64,000 nucleotides of DNA from a virus (IMGVR_UViG_3300021255_002536:1-64000), one strand, 5' to 3'; shown: positions 36,756 through 46,384, counted from the stretch's first letter. Made by a program: numbers and translations. Notes: a model not told the origin generated them from the sequence alone.

Positions 36756-37235
36756 TTATGCCAGACGGATGAGGGCCGACATGGACTGCAACTTGATTTT
36801 CAGAGTGGTCACACTGTTGTTACTCTGCGTCTCATCGATAGTGGCCATCGACGCATTAGGCAGGGCGTAGGACAAATCCTTAACGCCATTATTGCGGGTA
36901 TAGACCACATTAAAATCCTTGCCGTTCAATGCTTCAACAGCCGATTCTACCTGCTGTCGAGCCAGTTGCACAGCGGCCTGCAAGTCATGTGTATAGACGT
37001 TTCCAGAGGCTTGGCGGGCATTCTGTACCTTCAGCGTCGGCACATCCCGCATCGGCACGTCATCACCCAGCGGCAATGTCAGCGTCAGCACCGGAGCACC
37101 CGTAAAGAGATTGCTATTCACAAACTGCACGCTGTTCACTTGGGCAGGAACAGGCATGCTGCACTGCGAGGCCAAATAGACATCCACGCGCACGATGTCA
37201 TCCTGGCGAAGTTCCAAACATAAATTCTCGTTCAT
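36756..37235 (-). CDS. Hypothetical phage protein
   Basis: Likely start MNENLC at 37235. Confidence 0.65.
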   Translation of the reverse strand: MNENLCLELRQDDIVRVDVYLASQCSMPVPAQVNSVQFVNSNLFTGAPVLTLTLPLGDDVPMRDVPTLKVQNARQASGNVYTHDLQAAVQLARQQVESAVEALNGKDFNVVYTRNNGVKDLSYALPNASMATIDETQSNNSVTTLKIKLQSMSALIRLA

Positions 37236-37360
37236 AATCTTATATTTTTTGATGGTTATTACTCTAACGTTAGAGGTGTGACAGGGGTGTGACAAAAAAA
37301 TATCGAAAATACCTCATTATTTAACATCTTTTCGCAGTCGATTTTGACCTTTTTTACAAT

Positions 37361-38092
37361 TTACTCATATTTCGGTAATCCACCCCTTAATTCGTACTCA
37401 TCCACTCGCGTAATCTCAGCATCGCCTATCACGTCGGCTTCATTCGCCATACGCTTACCTTCCTTGCGCCAGCGGAATATCTGGCGACGCAGGTGTTCAC
37501 GCTCTTTGTTATCATGCGACACTGGAATATCCCACTTCATAAAGAAACGCTCCAGGATCTCTACATCCGTGCGATCGATACGCTGCTCACGGCACCAGTC
37601 ACGCTGTCGCTCTTCAAAGTAAAGGTATTCTCGGATGAACCTATGCCTAAAAATTCTACGAAGCTGGTTGGCAGCCGACGTATCGAGGGTATGCGAGCTG
37701 CTGACCAGTTCTATACGACCATCCACATATATCTCCCTGGGCAGGGCAATACACAGAAACTCGTAAGCCTCGCGACGGGTCTTGTTAGGCAGACGCTCCA
37801 ACGTACACACCTCGGCGTAGGTCAGGTAATCCTTCGGGTCGCGCTGAATGATCGGTTTACCACCTTCAGGCAGACGACCACGCAACATGTTATTCCAGGC
37901 AGACTGAGAATAGCAGCAGGCACGACGCTGTTGTGTCTCAGGTACGATGCGAAGGCTATGCACCATCACAGCATATTCATCAGAACATTGCGACAGTTGG
38001 ATAGGTGTCTGTTTTGAGATAGAGTTTCCATTACCATCGGCACGCATAAAGCTACCGACATACTTAGATACACGCAGATAAATTTTAGGCAT
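37361..38092 (-). CDS. Hypothetical basic protein (candidate late transcription factor)
   Basis: 243 aa with Arg-rich helical C-terminus; role inferred from position only. Confidence 0.6.
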   Translation of the reverse strand: MPKIYLRVSKYVGSFMRADGNGNSISKQTPIQLSQCSDEYAVMVHSLRIVPETQQRRACCYSQSAWNNMLRGRLPEGGKPIIQRDPKDYLTYAEVCTLERLPNKTRREAYEFLCIALPREIYVDGRIELVSSSHTLDTSAANQLRRIFRHRFIREYLYFEERQRDWCREQRIDRTDVEILERFFMKWDIPVSHDNKEREHLRRQIFRWRKEGKRMANEADVIGDAEITRVDEYELRGGLPKYE

Positions 38093-38101
38093 AGTTCTCT
38101 C

Positions 38102-38425
38102 TTACTTACTATAGTCTTTATTCAGGTTTTCAATTTTCCAAAATTCAGCAAATGCACTTTCGAGCTTTGCACCACGAGAGTAGTCCCACATGGGGAGTTT
38201 CAGGATAGCATCACAACCATGCAGCTTACAGATATCAATAAGTATCTGGAGTTGGTAGGGCAGGCGACGAAAGAGCCAGTTCCACCATCCCCACATCTTC
38301 AACGGATTAACGGGACGGTGGCCCAAGCCTATTAGATTCTTCTCAGCCCTCGCAAACTGCGATTCTACCCATTCAGGATCACAGCCGGTTATCGGCCCAG
38401 AAATATACACTTTCTTAGATGTCAT
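38102..38425 (-). CDS. DUF4406 (nucleoside deoxyribosyltransferase-like) protein
   Basis: KVYISGPITG...F..AE...PVNP...CDAI..L..W..S.GA.LE. Confidence 0.85.
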   Translation of the reverse strand: MTSKKVYISGPITGCDPEWVESQFARAEKNLIGLGHRPVNPLKMWGWWNWLFRRLPYQLQILIDICKLHGCDAILKLPMWDYSRGAKLESAFAEFWKIENLNKDYSK

Positions 38426-38859
38426 TACTTCACACCAGTATGTCCGTAACCACCTTCACCACGTTCTGTCTCATCGAGGACATCAACGGGAATAAACTCT
38501 GCATGCTCATGGCGGGCAATGACCATCTGGGCAATACGCTCACCATCCTCAATGGTAAACGGCTCATCACTGAGGTTAATCAGTATAACGCCCACGTCAC
38601 CACGATAATCGGCATCCACAGTACCAGGTGCATTCAGCACCGTTATACCCTTCTTTAGGGCCAGGCCACTACGCGGACGTACCTGTGCCTCGTAACCGAC
38701 AGGCAAAGCGATATGCAATCCCGTTGGTACCAAACGACGCTCCATAGGTTTGAGCACTATCGGCTCATCGATGTTTGCACGCAGATCCATACCGGCTGAC
38801 AGCTCAGTAGCATAAGCGGGTAGGGGATGGTGCGACTTGTTTACAATCTTAATCTTCAT
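38425..38859 (-). CDS. dut: Trimeric dUTPase
   Basis: All five motifs: [37 protein letters not shown]. Confidence 0.97.
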   Translation of the reverse strand: MKIKIVNKSHHPLPAYATELSAGMDLRANIDEPIVLKPMERRLVPTGLHIALPVGYEAQVRPRSGLALKKGITVLNAPGTVDADYRGDVGVILINLSDEPFTIEDGERIAQMVIARHEHAEFIPVDVLDETERGEGGYGHTGVK

Positions 38860-39248
38860 ATATTCAATTCTTTTAATTTTTGTTCTGCTTCCATTTGTTC
38901 TACTTCGTATGGGTCGATAAGGTCAGAAAGGGCAACCAGGCGAATACGACCACCACCGGCATTACATACCAAGACTTTGTGCTCCAAATCTATCTGCAAC
39001 ACACACAGCTCATCAGCCATCATCTGCCGAACCATGTCGGCTGCCTTATTCATATCCATTACCACCTTCGATTTCCTTTTTAATAAATTAGATAAGACCC
39101 ATCTTCTCGGATGCCTCTGAAGATCCAGAATTTCTTTCCGGACTTCATTACAAACCCAGACGATTTGCTCCCTCGTAAACCCATGCTCTGATGCGACCTG
39201 AGCATAGCGTTTGAAGCCGTCCATTATCAGATTCACCTTCGACACCAC
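38856..39248 (-). CDS. Hypothetical protein
   Basis: Translationally coupled ORF in the operon. Confidence 0.6.
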   Translation of the reverse strand: MVSKVNLIMDGFKRYAQVASEHGFTREQIVWVCNEVRKEILDLQRHPRRWVLSNLLKRKSKVVMDMNKAADMVRQMMADELCVLQIDLEHKVLVCNAGGGRIRLVALSDLIDPYEVEQMEAEQKLKELNI

Positions 39249-39535
39249 TATTCGTTTGAGTCCTGTTCGGCGATTTGTTCTTTCGCCTTCTTAAATTCCT
39301 TCATCATATCAATCACCATAGCATTCAGAGCGGCTTCTGCGCCCGTCATCATATAGGAGATAGCGCCAACCATCGTTATCAAGTGATTCAACCGTTCGTA
39401 CTCAGGTTCAGTTTTCTTATACTTCTGCTGGCACACTTGCATATTCTTCAATGTCTGTGCAATAATGCTCTGCGTCATCGGCAACTCTTTTGCTGCCATC
39501 GAGAGCGACACACCCCAAAGCGATTCTTCTACCAT
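39248..39535 (-). CDS. Hypothetical protein
   Basis: Tightly packed ORF. Confidence 0.65.
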   Translation of the reverse strand: MVEESLWGVSLSMAAKELPMTQSIIAQTLKNMQVCQQKYKKTEPEYERLNHLITMVGAISYMMTGAEAALNAMVIDMMKEFKKAKEQIAEQDSNE

Positions 39536-39536
39536 A

Positions 39537-39869
39537 CTATTCTTTTCCCTCCATTTTGTTACGCATCAGGATTTGAAGGGCTTCGTCACCTCGGCCCATC
39601 TTATTCATCAACAGTGCCACGTTCGTATCGAAGTCGCGACTCTGCACTATCAGGAGGGCAATCAATGCCAGGTGTTTCAACTGATTCGACTGGATAGCCG
39701 TAATCTCGATCACCTTATCCAACATACCCTTCTCAGTCCAACCACGTTCACGAAGCTGTGGAAGGTTCTGCATGAACTTATCCGATGCCATAATCATATT
39801 CACCAGATACTCCAGGAGTCCACGCTTATCCTTCAACAAATTCGCTATGTCAACATTCATATTTGCCAT
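39537..39869 (-). CDS. Hypothetical protein
   Basis: Tightly packed ORF. Confidence 0.65.
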   Translation of the reverse strand: MANMNVDIANLLKDKRGLLEYLVNMIMASDKFMQNLPQLRERGWTEKGMLDKVIEITAIQSNQLKHLALIALLIVQSRDFDTNVALLMNKMGRGDEALQILMRNKMEGKE

Positions 39870-39870
39870 A

Positions 39871-40104
39871 CTATAATTGCTCTACAAAATGATCAATATT
39901 TACTATTTCAGACTCCACCAGCTTATACATAAGGGCATTGAAAGTTTCCTCATGGATGCTTGCGGTCTTTTTAGTGGTACCCATATTCACAACCACATGC
40001 ACCTCTGCCTGCGTCACATACGAAGAAAGAAGTTCCTGTATTGCTACCAACTTCTTACGCTTCTCAGCAAATCGCGCTGCTGTGTCTAAATTCTCTATCT
40101 TCAT
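39871..40104 (-). CDS. Hypothetical protein
   Basis: Tightly packed ORF. Confidence 0.65.
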   Translation of the reverse strand: MKIENLDTAARFAEKRKKLVAIQELLSSYVTQAEVHVVVNMGTTKKTASIHEETFNALMYKLVESEIVNIDHFVEQL

Positions 40105-40670
40105 CAGTCTATCTTCTGTAAACGTTCATCAATAAATTCGAGATCATCATCATGGTAGGTCATACCATTCTCAGTATTATGCCACATGTTATAATACGAT
40201 GTGCCAAACTGCACGATGGGCTGGTCATCCACCATCACCTCCTCGCCGGTATCAATCACACGGGCCTTAATCTTCGGCCATTCCTTCTTATGGGCCATGT
40301 GATACATCCAATCTTCATGCTTCTGTCGAATAGACTCCGGATTACGATACTTGCATTCGTCACAATGGTAATGACCCATACCATCACACATACCTGATGC
40401 CTCGCCACGCTCAAAATCATCACAGTCGAGGTCAGGATCCACGCCAGTCTTTATGCGCTGATTATCCTTACCATACGTCGGCTGCTGCATACACATCACC
40501 TTTGGAGCCAACTTACTGACACCACCCAAAAAATCGGTCATCATCGGCAACGGCATAGGCTCATTCGACATTCGCATCACGTTCACCTGAGCGAGTGAAT
40601 TGCCTTCATCCTCCGTTATCATATCGAGAGCCATATATACGCGATATCTTTTCTTCTTCTCTTCAGCCAT
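40104..40670 (-). CDS. Hypothetical protein with Cys/His motif
   Basis: C.GMGHY.C.EC. Confidence 0.65.
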   Translation of the reverse strand: MAEEKKKRYRVYMALDMITEDEGNSLAQVNVMRMSNEPMPLPMMTDFLGGVSKLAPKVMCMQQPTYGKDNQRIKTGVDPDLDCDDFERGEASGMCDGMGHYHCDECKYRNPESIRQKHEDWMYHMAHKKEWPKIKARVIDTGEEVMVDDQPIVQFGTSYYNMWHNTENGMTYHDDDLEFIDERLQKID

Positions 40671-40707
40671 ACTTGATATTTCTAAATTATCAATATTTTA
40701 TTAGATT

Positions 40708-41199
40708 TTACACATTCAACACCACATATTTGCCTTCAATCTTACACTGACGAAGGCGACGGTCACACTCATGGCCAAAAGCAACGAGTACAGAAACAAA
40801 GAACGGCGAACCGGTAACACCTTCGGGTGTGAAAAACTTAATGCGATGCCGCATAAAGAGCATCGAGGCTGCCTTAGTAAAGATGACCTCCTGGAACAGC
40901 AAATTATCCACCTGATTCTTCAGCAGCGCAATACCATTGCCATGCTTGGCCAGTTTCTCCACAAACGGACGAAGCAAAGGACGGCTATAAGGTGGGTTCA
41001 TAAACACAACAGCAGTATCGGGCCACGTCTGACTCAATCCATCCTGCTCCTGATTGAACGACAACGGCGCAATCTCGTATGGAGGTTGCATAGGCGCACA
41101 AGGATCGAGGTCAAACGGGCCGAGTTCATCAATCACCCAACGAGGGGTGTACCACTCATCAGAACTGACTATTGGATTCTGCTGTGTTCTATTTGCCAT
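40708..41199 (-). CDS. Phage DNA N6-adenine methyltransferase
   Basis: SDEWYTP, FDLDPC, MNPPYS and RIKF motifs. Confidence 0.88.
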   Translation of the reverse strand: MANRTQQNPIVSSDEWYTPRWVIDELGPFDLDPCAPMQPPYEIAPLSFNQEQDGLSQTWPDTAVVFMNPPYSRPLLRPFVEKLAKHGNGIALLKNQVDNLLFQEVIFTKAASMLFMRHRIKFFTPEGVTGSPFFVSVLVAFGHECDRRLRQCKIEGKYVVLNV

Positions 41200-41200
41200 A

Positions 41201-41524
41201 CTAATCTACTCTAATTCCTAAATCACATTCACCAGTAAAAATACTGGAACTATTATAATGCGAACAATCATGGCACATGTCACCATCTTCATCAGGGAAC
41301 GGACAGCCAAGAGACGCAAGATCCTTACGCTTAATGCCAGGGTAGGGGTCAATACCTTTACTATTGATGCAATGCTGTGTAGCTGGGTCATTAGCAATCG
41401 TCTCATCAGCACAATGGCTACAAAGCTCGTGCGTATCATCTACCCACCAACAGTTACCATATTCCGGATTAAAACACGGGTCATTATCCGTACAGCCACA
41501 TACTCTACATACTCCGTAAGGCAT
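41201..41524 (-). CDS. Cys-rich zinc-finger-like protein
   Basis: CRVCGC...PC...CWWVD...LCSHC and CHDC. Confidence 0.7.
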   Translation of the reverse strand: MPYGVCRVCGCTDNDPCFNPEYGNCWWVDDTHELCSHCADETIANDPATQHCINSKGIDPYPGIKRKDLASLGCPFPDEDGDMCHDCSHYNSSSIFTGECDLGIRVD

Positions 41525-41527
41525 ACT

Positions 41528-42343
41528 TCATCCCTCCTTTTCCAACTGTTCACGAATGGCCTGCTGAAGCACAGGCAGAACGTACTTTGCATGACGCTTT
41601 GCAGCAGCAGCTACTTTTGTTGGTGCCGTATTCCATTCCACCTCACAAAGTTTATTAGCAAAGTAGCCATCGCTAATACCAAGCATAAACTTACGAATAC
41701 CATCCTTACCTGGAGCGGCAAAGTATTGGAAGAAATTGCCCCATTCAGAGTAGGACATATAGACACCATCAGAAGTAAGGAAACAACGGGCCAGCCAACT
41801 GCCATTATCATCCTTCAGGTCATACATGAACACCTGCACACCAGGTTTATTTGACAGACAGCATGTATTACCAATAAGTTCACGCTGACCATGGAAATTT
41901 TCTTCAGCACCAGGTTCAAGTAAATCTCTATTGTCATAAACATTTCCGACAATCTCCATACGATTATAGTCTGGCACCTCACCTATAACCGATGGTAACA
42001 GGCAATTCTTTCCCCAAGTAAAACACCATCCGCTAATCTCCACCGGATTGCCATCAGAAACAAAATCCTTCAATGCTGCCAGATGTCTTACCTGGCGTTG
42101 CCACTCTACGATAAAAAGTCGAGTAGTGCCATCAGGAATAGTCAATACAAGAATATCATCCTCAAAAATTGGTTTACCCTTTTTATCAAACCAACCTGTA
42201 AACCTTCCAATGGTGTTAGGATTAACTCTAACAGATTCCAACGGAGAAATATGAATATGCGGAGTTGAGCACATAGTATGTGGCTCACCTACCACCCAAC
42301 GGCCATCATCTATGGCCTTTGCACGAAATATATTACTATTCAT
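41528..42343 (-). CDS. YopX-family protein with extra C-terminal domain
   Basis: FRAK....WV.G, TG..DK.GK.IFE.DI and EIVGNVYDN motifs; start at 42343. Confidence 0.8.
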   Translation of the reverse strand: MNSNIFRAKAIDDGRWVVGEPHTMCSTPHIHISPLESVRVNPNTIGRFTGWFDKKGKPIFEDDILVLTIPDGTTRLFIVEWQRQVRHLAALKDFVSDGNPVEISGWCFTWGKNCLLPSVIGEVPDYNRMEIVGNVYDNRDLLEPGAEENFHGQRELIGNTCCLSNKPGVQVFMYDLKDDNGSWLARCFLTSDGVYMSYSEWGNFFQYFAAPGKDGIRKFMLGISDGYFANKLCEVEWNTAPTKVAAAAKRHAKYVLPVLQQAIREQLEKEG

Positions 42344-42350
42344 AACTCTA

Positions 42351-42680
42351 CTAATTTGTATTCTGAGGGTTTTCGTTCTGAGCCTGCTTTTCCTGTCTGC
42401 GAAGTTGTGCTGCACGACTATTACGGGTCTTAAACAACACTTCCTTTGCACGCTCTTTCAATTTCTTAAAGAATGGGAATACATAATGCTCCATCTTCTC
42501 ATCAGTCATCCACTGCATACCAACAAAGATCTGCATCAGCATTTCTGCCAGAATTTCTATCGAGAGGTTTGGATCGCAATTATGCTTCTTAAACACCTCA
42601 GACATTTCAGCAAGGATTGCCGATTTCTCTTTCATGTACTCCTGTTCAGGAGTCAACTGTTCTTTCTTTTCTTCAGCCAT
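42351..42680 (-). CDS. Hypothetical protein
   Basis: 109-aa ORF in the operon. Confidence 0.65.
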   Translation of the reverse strand: MAEEKKEQLTPEQEYMKEKSAILAEMSEVFKKHNCDPNLSIEILAEMLMQIFVGMQWMTDEKMEHYVFPFFKKLKERAKEVLFKTRNSRAAQLRRQEKQAQNENPQNTN

Positions 42681-42684
42681 AATC

Positions 42685-42933
42685 TTATTTTAATATCAGT
42701 TGCAAAGCGAATCGGGCATTACCAGCATCGCCTACGCGAACTACTTCATTATATACCTGTTCAAGACTACGAGGATTCACCTCTTTAAACTTATTCATTT
42801 CTGGAATAGTCAGTTTGTGACCTGCCAGCGTCGCTATTTTAAATAGCATGGCGGTACGACTCAGACCGTTTCCTCTGAAGGGCGATTTTACCCCCCCCTG
42901 TTTCACTCCAACATTAGATCTGCCAATTCTCAT
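42685..42933 (-). CDS. Hypothetical protein
   Basis: 82-aa ORF in the operon. Confidence 0.6.
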   Translation of the reverse strand: MRIGRSNVGVKQGGVKSPFRGNGLSRTAMLFKIATLAGHKLTIPEMNKFKEVNPRSLEQVYNEVVRVGDAGNARFALQLILK

Positions 42934-43131
42934 ACTTTCAATTATTCAACGTTCAATTATTACATTAAAACGACACAGGCCCGATGGTTTTCAACAGCGT
43001 CAGGAACAAAAACGATAACCAGAGCAAAATCCACGACAGCACATGTCAAGATCAAGATCATAACCTACGGGAATCAACCCATCAACGGTTAATTTTTGTG
43101 CCACCATGTAAGGCTTTGTAAATACACTTGC

Positions 43132-43279
43132 GTTCTAACCACTGAACTATTTGTGAAAGCGTCACAAAACGGGAGTTGAACCCGCGACTTCAAGTACCAA
43201 TTCAATACATCGACCAAAACGACGCGCGTCTGCCAATTCCGCCAATTCGCCATGAGGCGAATACAGGACTCGAACCTGC
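43132..43279 (-). ncRNA. Tandem circularly permuted tRNA-like elements
   Basis: Two units of T-arm, then 7-bp acceptor hairpin, then U8-R9 and D-arm; TTG anticodon-like arm in unit 1. Confidence 0.7.
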
Positions 43280-43392
43280 ACATTTTCATTGTTTGTTGCT
43301 TTTGCAAGCGAAGCCATTTCTGCCATCGGTACGCCACAGTTTCACAGTCATAACCTTCAGTCTGCGGCTACCCGTGTCAATATTTCAAAGAA

Positions 43393-44544
43393 CTATTTTC
43401 CCAAGCCATTAATACGCTCATAAATACTGAGCAATTCGTTAGGGATAATGATACCAAGCGATGCAATGCGCTTTGCCTCTGACAATTTCCATGCTTCAAG
43501 ATCGGCACATAGCTGTTTATGCTGGTTCTGCTGCTCGGTAATCCATGCGTCATATTCAACCTGATATTCACTCATGCGCTTGCGCTCGTCAGTCATATAG
43601 GTTTCAAGTTTTTGCTGCAAAGAGGAAAGTTCACGAGAGTAAGCAGCCTGAGCCTCCTGCCATTCAGCTGCCTTTTTCTGTTTGTCTGTCTCAATGGTAC
43701 GGTCACGCTCTGCCAGCAATCCGTTCAACTCAGCCTGGATAGCACGATGCTCGGCAGCCAGACGGAAAAACAATGCTTCCACTTCATCATGTGTAACAGA
43801 CGGCTCATAACGTCCCAGCAGCATATTAGCACCCTCACCTTCCTTATAAACAGGATGGGCCAATGTCTGACGGAACAGTTCGCGCTCCTTATACAGATGA
43901 CCATTTTCATGGATATACTTTCCAATAGCCGATGCTTTGGCACCAAGGGTAAGAATACGGTTACGATCCTTCACCGACAAAGTAGCCATATATTGATCCT
44001 CAGTCATGGATTCTTCCTTCTTTGGCTGGGTAGGCATGGTGAGACCGAACTTCTTACAATAACTCTCAGTACGAGAAACGACATTACCAAGGAGACGATT
44101 TGTAGTAACACCAGGGAACTCACCATTAATATCCGGAATAGAGTAACCGCGATTTTCCATCCACTGAAGGATATTTACGTTCGGCTGTGGCAATTCAACA
44201 CCTCCAAGGATATCTCTACAATAACCTTCCAGGGTCATTTCCTTTACCTCTGCCAGCAAACGCTCACGAGCCTTGATAGCTTCACGAAGCCAAGCAATAA
44301 GAGCATTAGCCTCGCCAACAGTTTCCAACGACTTCAAAACACCGTCCAGTTGCTCACGAGTACTACCAATCTTTGCCTGCTGTGGCGTACCACCACTAAC
44401 CAGGCTTATTGTCATACTGTAGAAACTAATAGCCTCCAGTTCACAGGCGACATTCTTAATACTTTCCTTCGCCATGTTCGCCACATGATTCGCGGAGGTG
44501 TTCGTCAAGCCGTTTTCACCAAAATAAATGTAATCTGCTTTCAT
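43393..44544 (-). CDS. Coiled-coil hypothetical protein
   Basis: Start MKADYIYFG at 44544; GLT.TSANH.AN.AKE motif. Confidence 0.7.
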   Translation of the reverse strand: MKADYIYFGENGLTNTSANHVANMAKESIKNVACELEAISFYSMTISLVSGGTPQQAKIGSTREQLDGVLKSLETVGEANALIAWLREAIKARERLLAEVKEMTLEGYCRDILGGVELPQPNVNILQWMENRGYSIPDINGEFPGVTTNRLLGNVVSRTESYCKKFGLTMPTQPKKEESMTEDQYMATLSVKDRNRILTLGAKASAIGKYIHENGHLYKERELFRQTLAHPVYKEGEGANMLLGRYEPSVTHDEVEALFFRLAAEHRAIQAELNGLLAERDRTIETDKQKKAAEWQEAQAAYSRELSSLQQKLETYMTDERKRMSEYQVEYDAWITEQQNQHKQLCADLEAWKLSEAKRIASLGIIIPNELLSIYERINGLGK

Positions 44545-44548
44545 ATCT

Positions 44549-45280
44549 TTACACCTTCTCAGGATCAACCAAAACCCAATCGTCGGCCAACATATCGGTC
44601 TGCGATGCCAGCCAACCATTCACGATAGAACCATCAGCAGCCTTCATACAGATATACTGAGTGAAGAAACGCTCCTTACGCTCATTAGGATGGTTCTTAA
44701 CCCACAGCTTGAAGTTGTAGGGCAACGACTTCACAGTATCGATGATAAAGTCATCCTTCAACATGTCAAACGGACGCATGAATAAAAACATGCCCTTACC
44801 ATTCCAACCTTCACGGGCCACCAGAAAACCATGCTTCAGCGAACCGATAGCCTGGCCAAAGCTACCACTCTGACCAACCTGTAACACCTGCGACTCCGAG
44901 GCACCCGTCACATAACATGTTTCCATGTCACCACGAGTAAACTTGCCATCAAAATCTTTGTTTTCAGTCTTTTTCTGAGTCTCTACTGCGCCAAGATATT
45001 TCTCGGCCATTTCGTCTAAATTCATCATAATAATACCGTGTTTAAATAAATATTTCGATAACAGTTTTCCTAACCAGTCAGTCCAATCTAATACCACGAA
45101 TAACGCCCAGAAATAGTTGTAACCTGGAACAAACATCATCAGTTGCTTCTTCAAAGCACTACTGCAATAGCGTTTACCAGTCCAAGCATTACGGCATGTC
45201 ACCACCAGGAAGTCAATAAACAAGATGACTACCGGCACCAAGTAACCGTATATGATTGTGGCATCAATGAGCTTATCCAT
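44549..45280 (-). CDS. DUF2829 (Tad2-like anti-defence sponge) domain protein with N-terminal membrane segment
   Basis: FGQAI..LK.G..VAR.GWNGKGMF ... GWLASQTDMLADDW; possible internal start at 45028. Confidence 0.8.
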   Translation of the reverse strand: MDKLIDATIIYGYLVPVVILFIDFLVVTCRNAWTGKRYCSSALKKQLMMFVPGYNYFWALFVVLDWTDWLGKLLSKYLFKHGIIMMNLDEMAEKYLGAVETQKKTENKDFDGKFTRGDMETCYVTGASESQVLQVGQSGSFGQAIGSLKHGFLVAREGWNGKGMFLFMRPFDMLKDDFIIDTVKSLPYNFKLWVKNHPNERKERFFTQYICMKAADGSIVNGWLASQTDMLADDWVLVDPEKV

Positions 45281-45281
45281 A

Positions 45282-45899
45282 CTATTCTAAAAATTTGGGA
45301 TAAAGATCGATCAGTTTGAAGGCGTAGGCATAGACTTCGGGATTGGAGTCCCAAGTGCCTTTGCCACATACATGGTCGATCATGTCGATAAAGCACTCAC
45401 GCAGATTGCTATGGATGTTATGGCGAATGCTGACATGATACTGTCCGTTAGGGAGTTTCTTACGCTTGATGTCGAGCCAGGTAAAGTCACCCGTTTCCTT
45501 CGTCTTGATGTCCGTTGCGCTCATAATACCATGGAAAATACCCTCACGCAACATGTCGGCCTCGGAGATATCCTGAAGGTGCTCACAACGTTTCTCGGTA
45601 ATCTCTATCTGGTACTGCATCAGCTCCGGACGGACAAAGAGTTTGTTTTCCCACGCGGGCAACTGCATAGGATGCTCCACACCCAACTCACGCTGCAAGC
45701 GATGGATAAACCTGATCTTATCGCCAGGAGTGGGCAGACTACGCCAGATAAAGCCATAACCTTCGGCGATGGCCACCCGTTCGCCCACCTCATACTGTCG
45801 GCGGTCTGTGGTCAACCGGCGGGTCATATCCTTCTTACCCTCTGTAACCAGCGTAGTAAGCCCCTGCGTAAAGCGGATGATCTGCGACTTATCCATCAC
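45282..45899 (-). CDS. ASCH/PUA-like phage protein
   Basis: G.K..TRR, E.LQDISE.D...EG and W..NP.V..Y.F motifs. Confidence 0.7.
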   Translation of the reverse strand: MMDKSQIIRFTQGLTTLVTEGKKDMTRRLTTDRRQYEVGERVAIAEGYGFIWRSLPTPGDKIRFIHRLQRELGVEHPMQLPAWENKLFVRPELMQYQIEITEKRCEHLQDISEADMLREGIFHGIMSATDIKTKETGDFTWLDIKRKKLPNGQYHVSIRHNIHSNLRECFIDMIDHVCGKGTWDSNPEVYAYAFKLIDLYPKFLE

Positions 45900-46384
45900 T
45901 TTTTTGGTTTCTCTACCTTCAGCGTAGCCTTCTTTGCCGTGTTCACAGTAGCCCTTACTGCTGGCTTCTTTTTCTTACGGGAATGCTTGACTTCCTCGGC
46001 TGCTTTCGCCATACGCTGCACGAGCACGGCATCCTGCATGGGTTTATACACGGGCAACAATTCATTGAAGGCATCGAGTGGAGTGATACCCTTCATGTCA
46101 CCCAACTGCTCAACCATAAAGAGGATATCGCACGTACTGATGCAGGCTGCCATCAGCAGGGCAATCGAGGTATGCTTCTGGAGCAAGTCGCTCTGAATGA
46201 TATAACCTCCAACGAGTGCGGTCAGTTGTGTTTCCAGACCCTCTACCTCTTTTTCCAGAGCCTTCAACTCCTGAAGTTCCTCTTTGGTCTTAGGCTCATG
46301 CTGTTTCATCATCACTTCCATTGCAATGCGGACAAAATCGCCCTTCTTCAATGGACGCTGCTTAGTTTCTTTCTTTTCTGCCAT
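45896..46384 (-). CDS. Hypothetical protein
   Basis: Coupled ORF with basic tail. Confidence 0.65.
   Translation of the reverse strand: MAEKKETKQRPLKKGDFVRIAMEVMMKQHEPKTKEELQELKALEKEVEGLETQLTALVGGYIIQSDLLQKHTSIALLMAACISTCDILFMVEQLGDMKGITPLDAFNELLPVYKPMQDAVLVQRMAKAAEEVKHSRKKKKPAVRATVNTAKKATLKVEKPKK

Noticed and set aside
42959-43060. 33-aa hydrophobic minus-strand ORF (MILILTCAVVDFALVIVFV...) as a type I toxin
   Set aside because: Too short to support; another frame is similarly hydrophobic and no antitoxin RNA is evident.
43162-43251. Ordinary tRNA-Gln(TTG) gene or permuted tmRNA
   Set aside because: Its own acceptor strands do not pair; there is no G3:U70 alanine identity and no tag reading frame.
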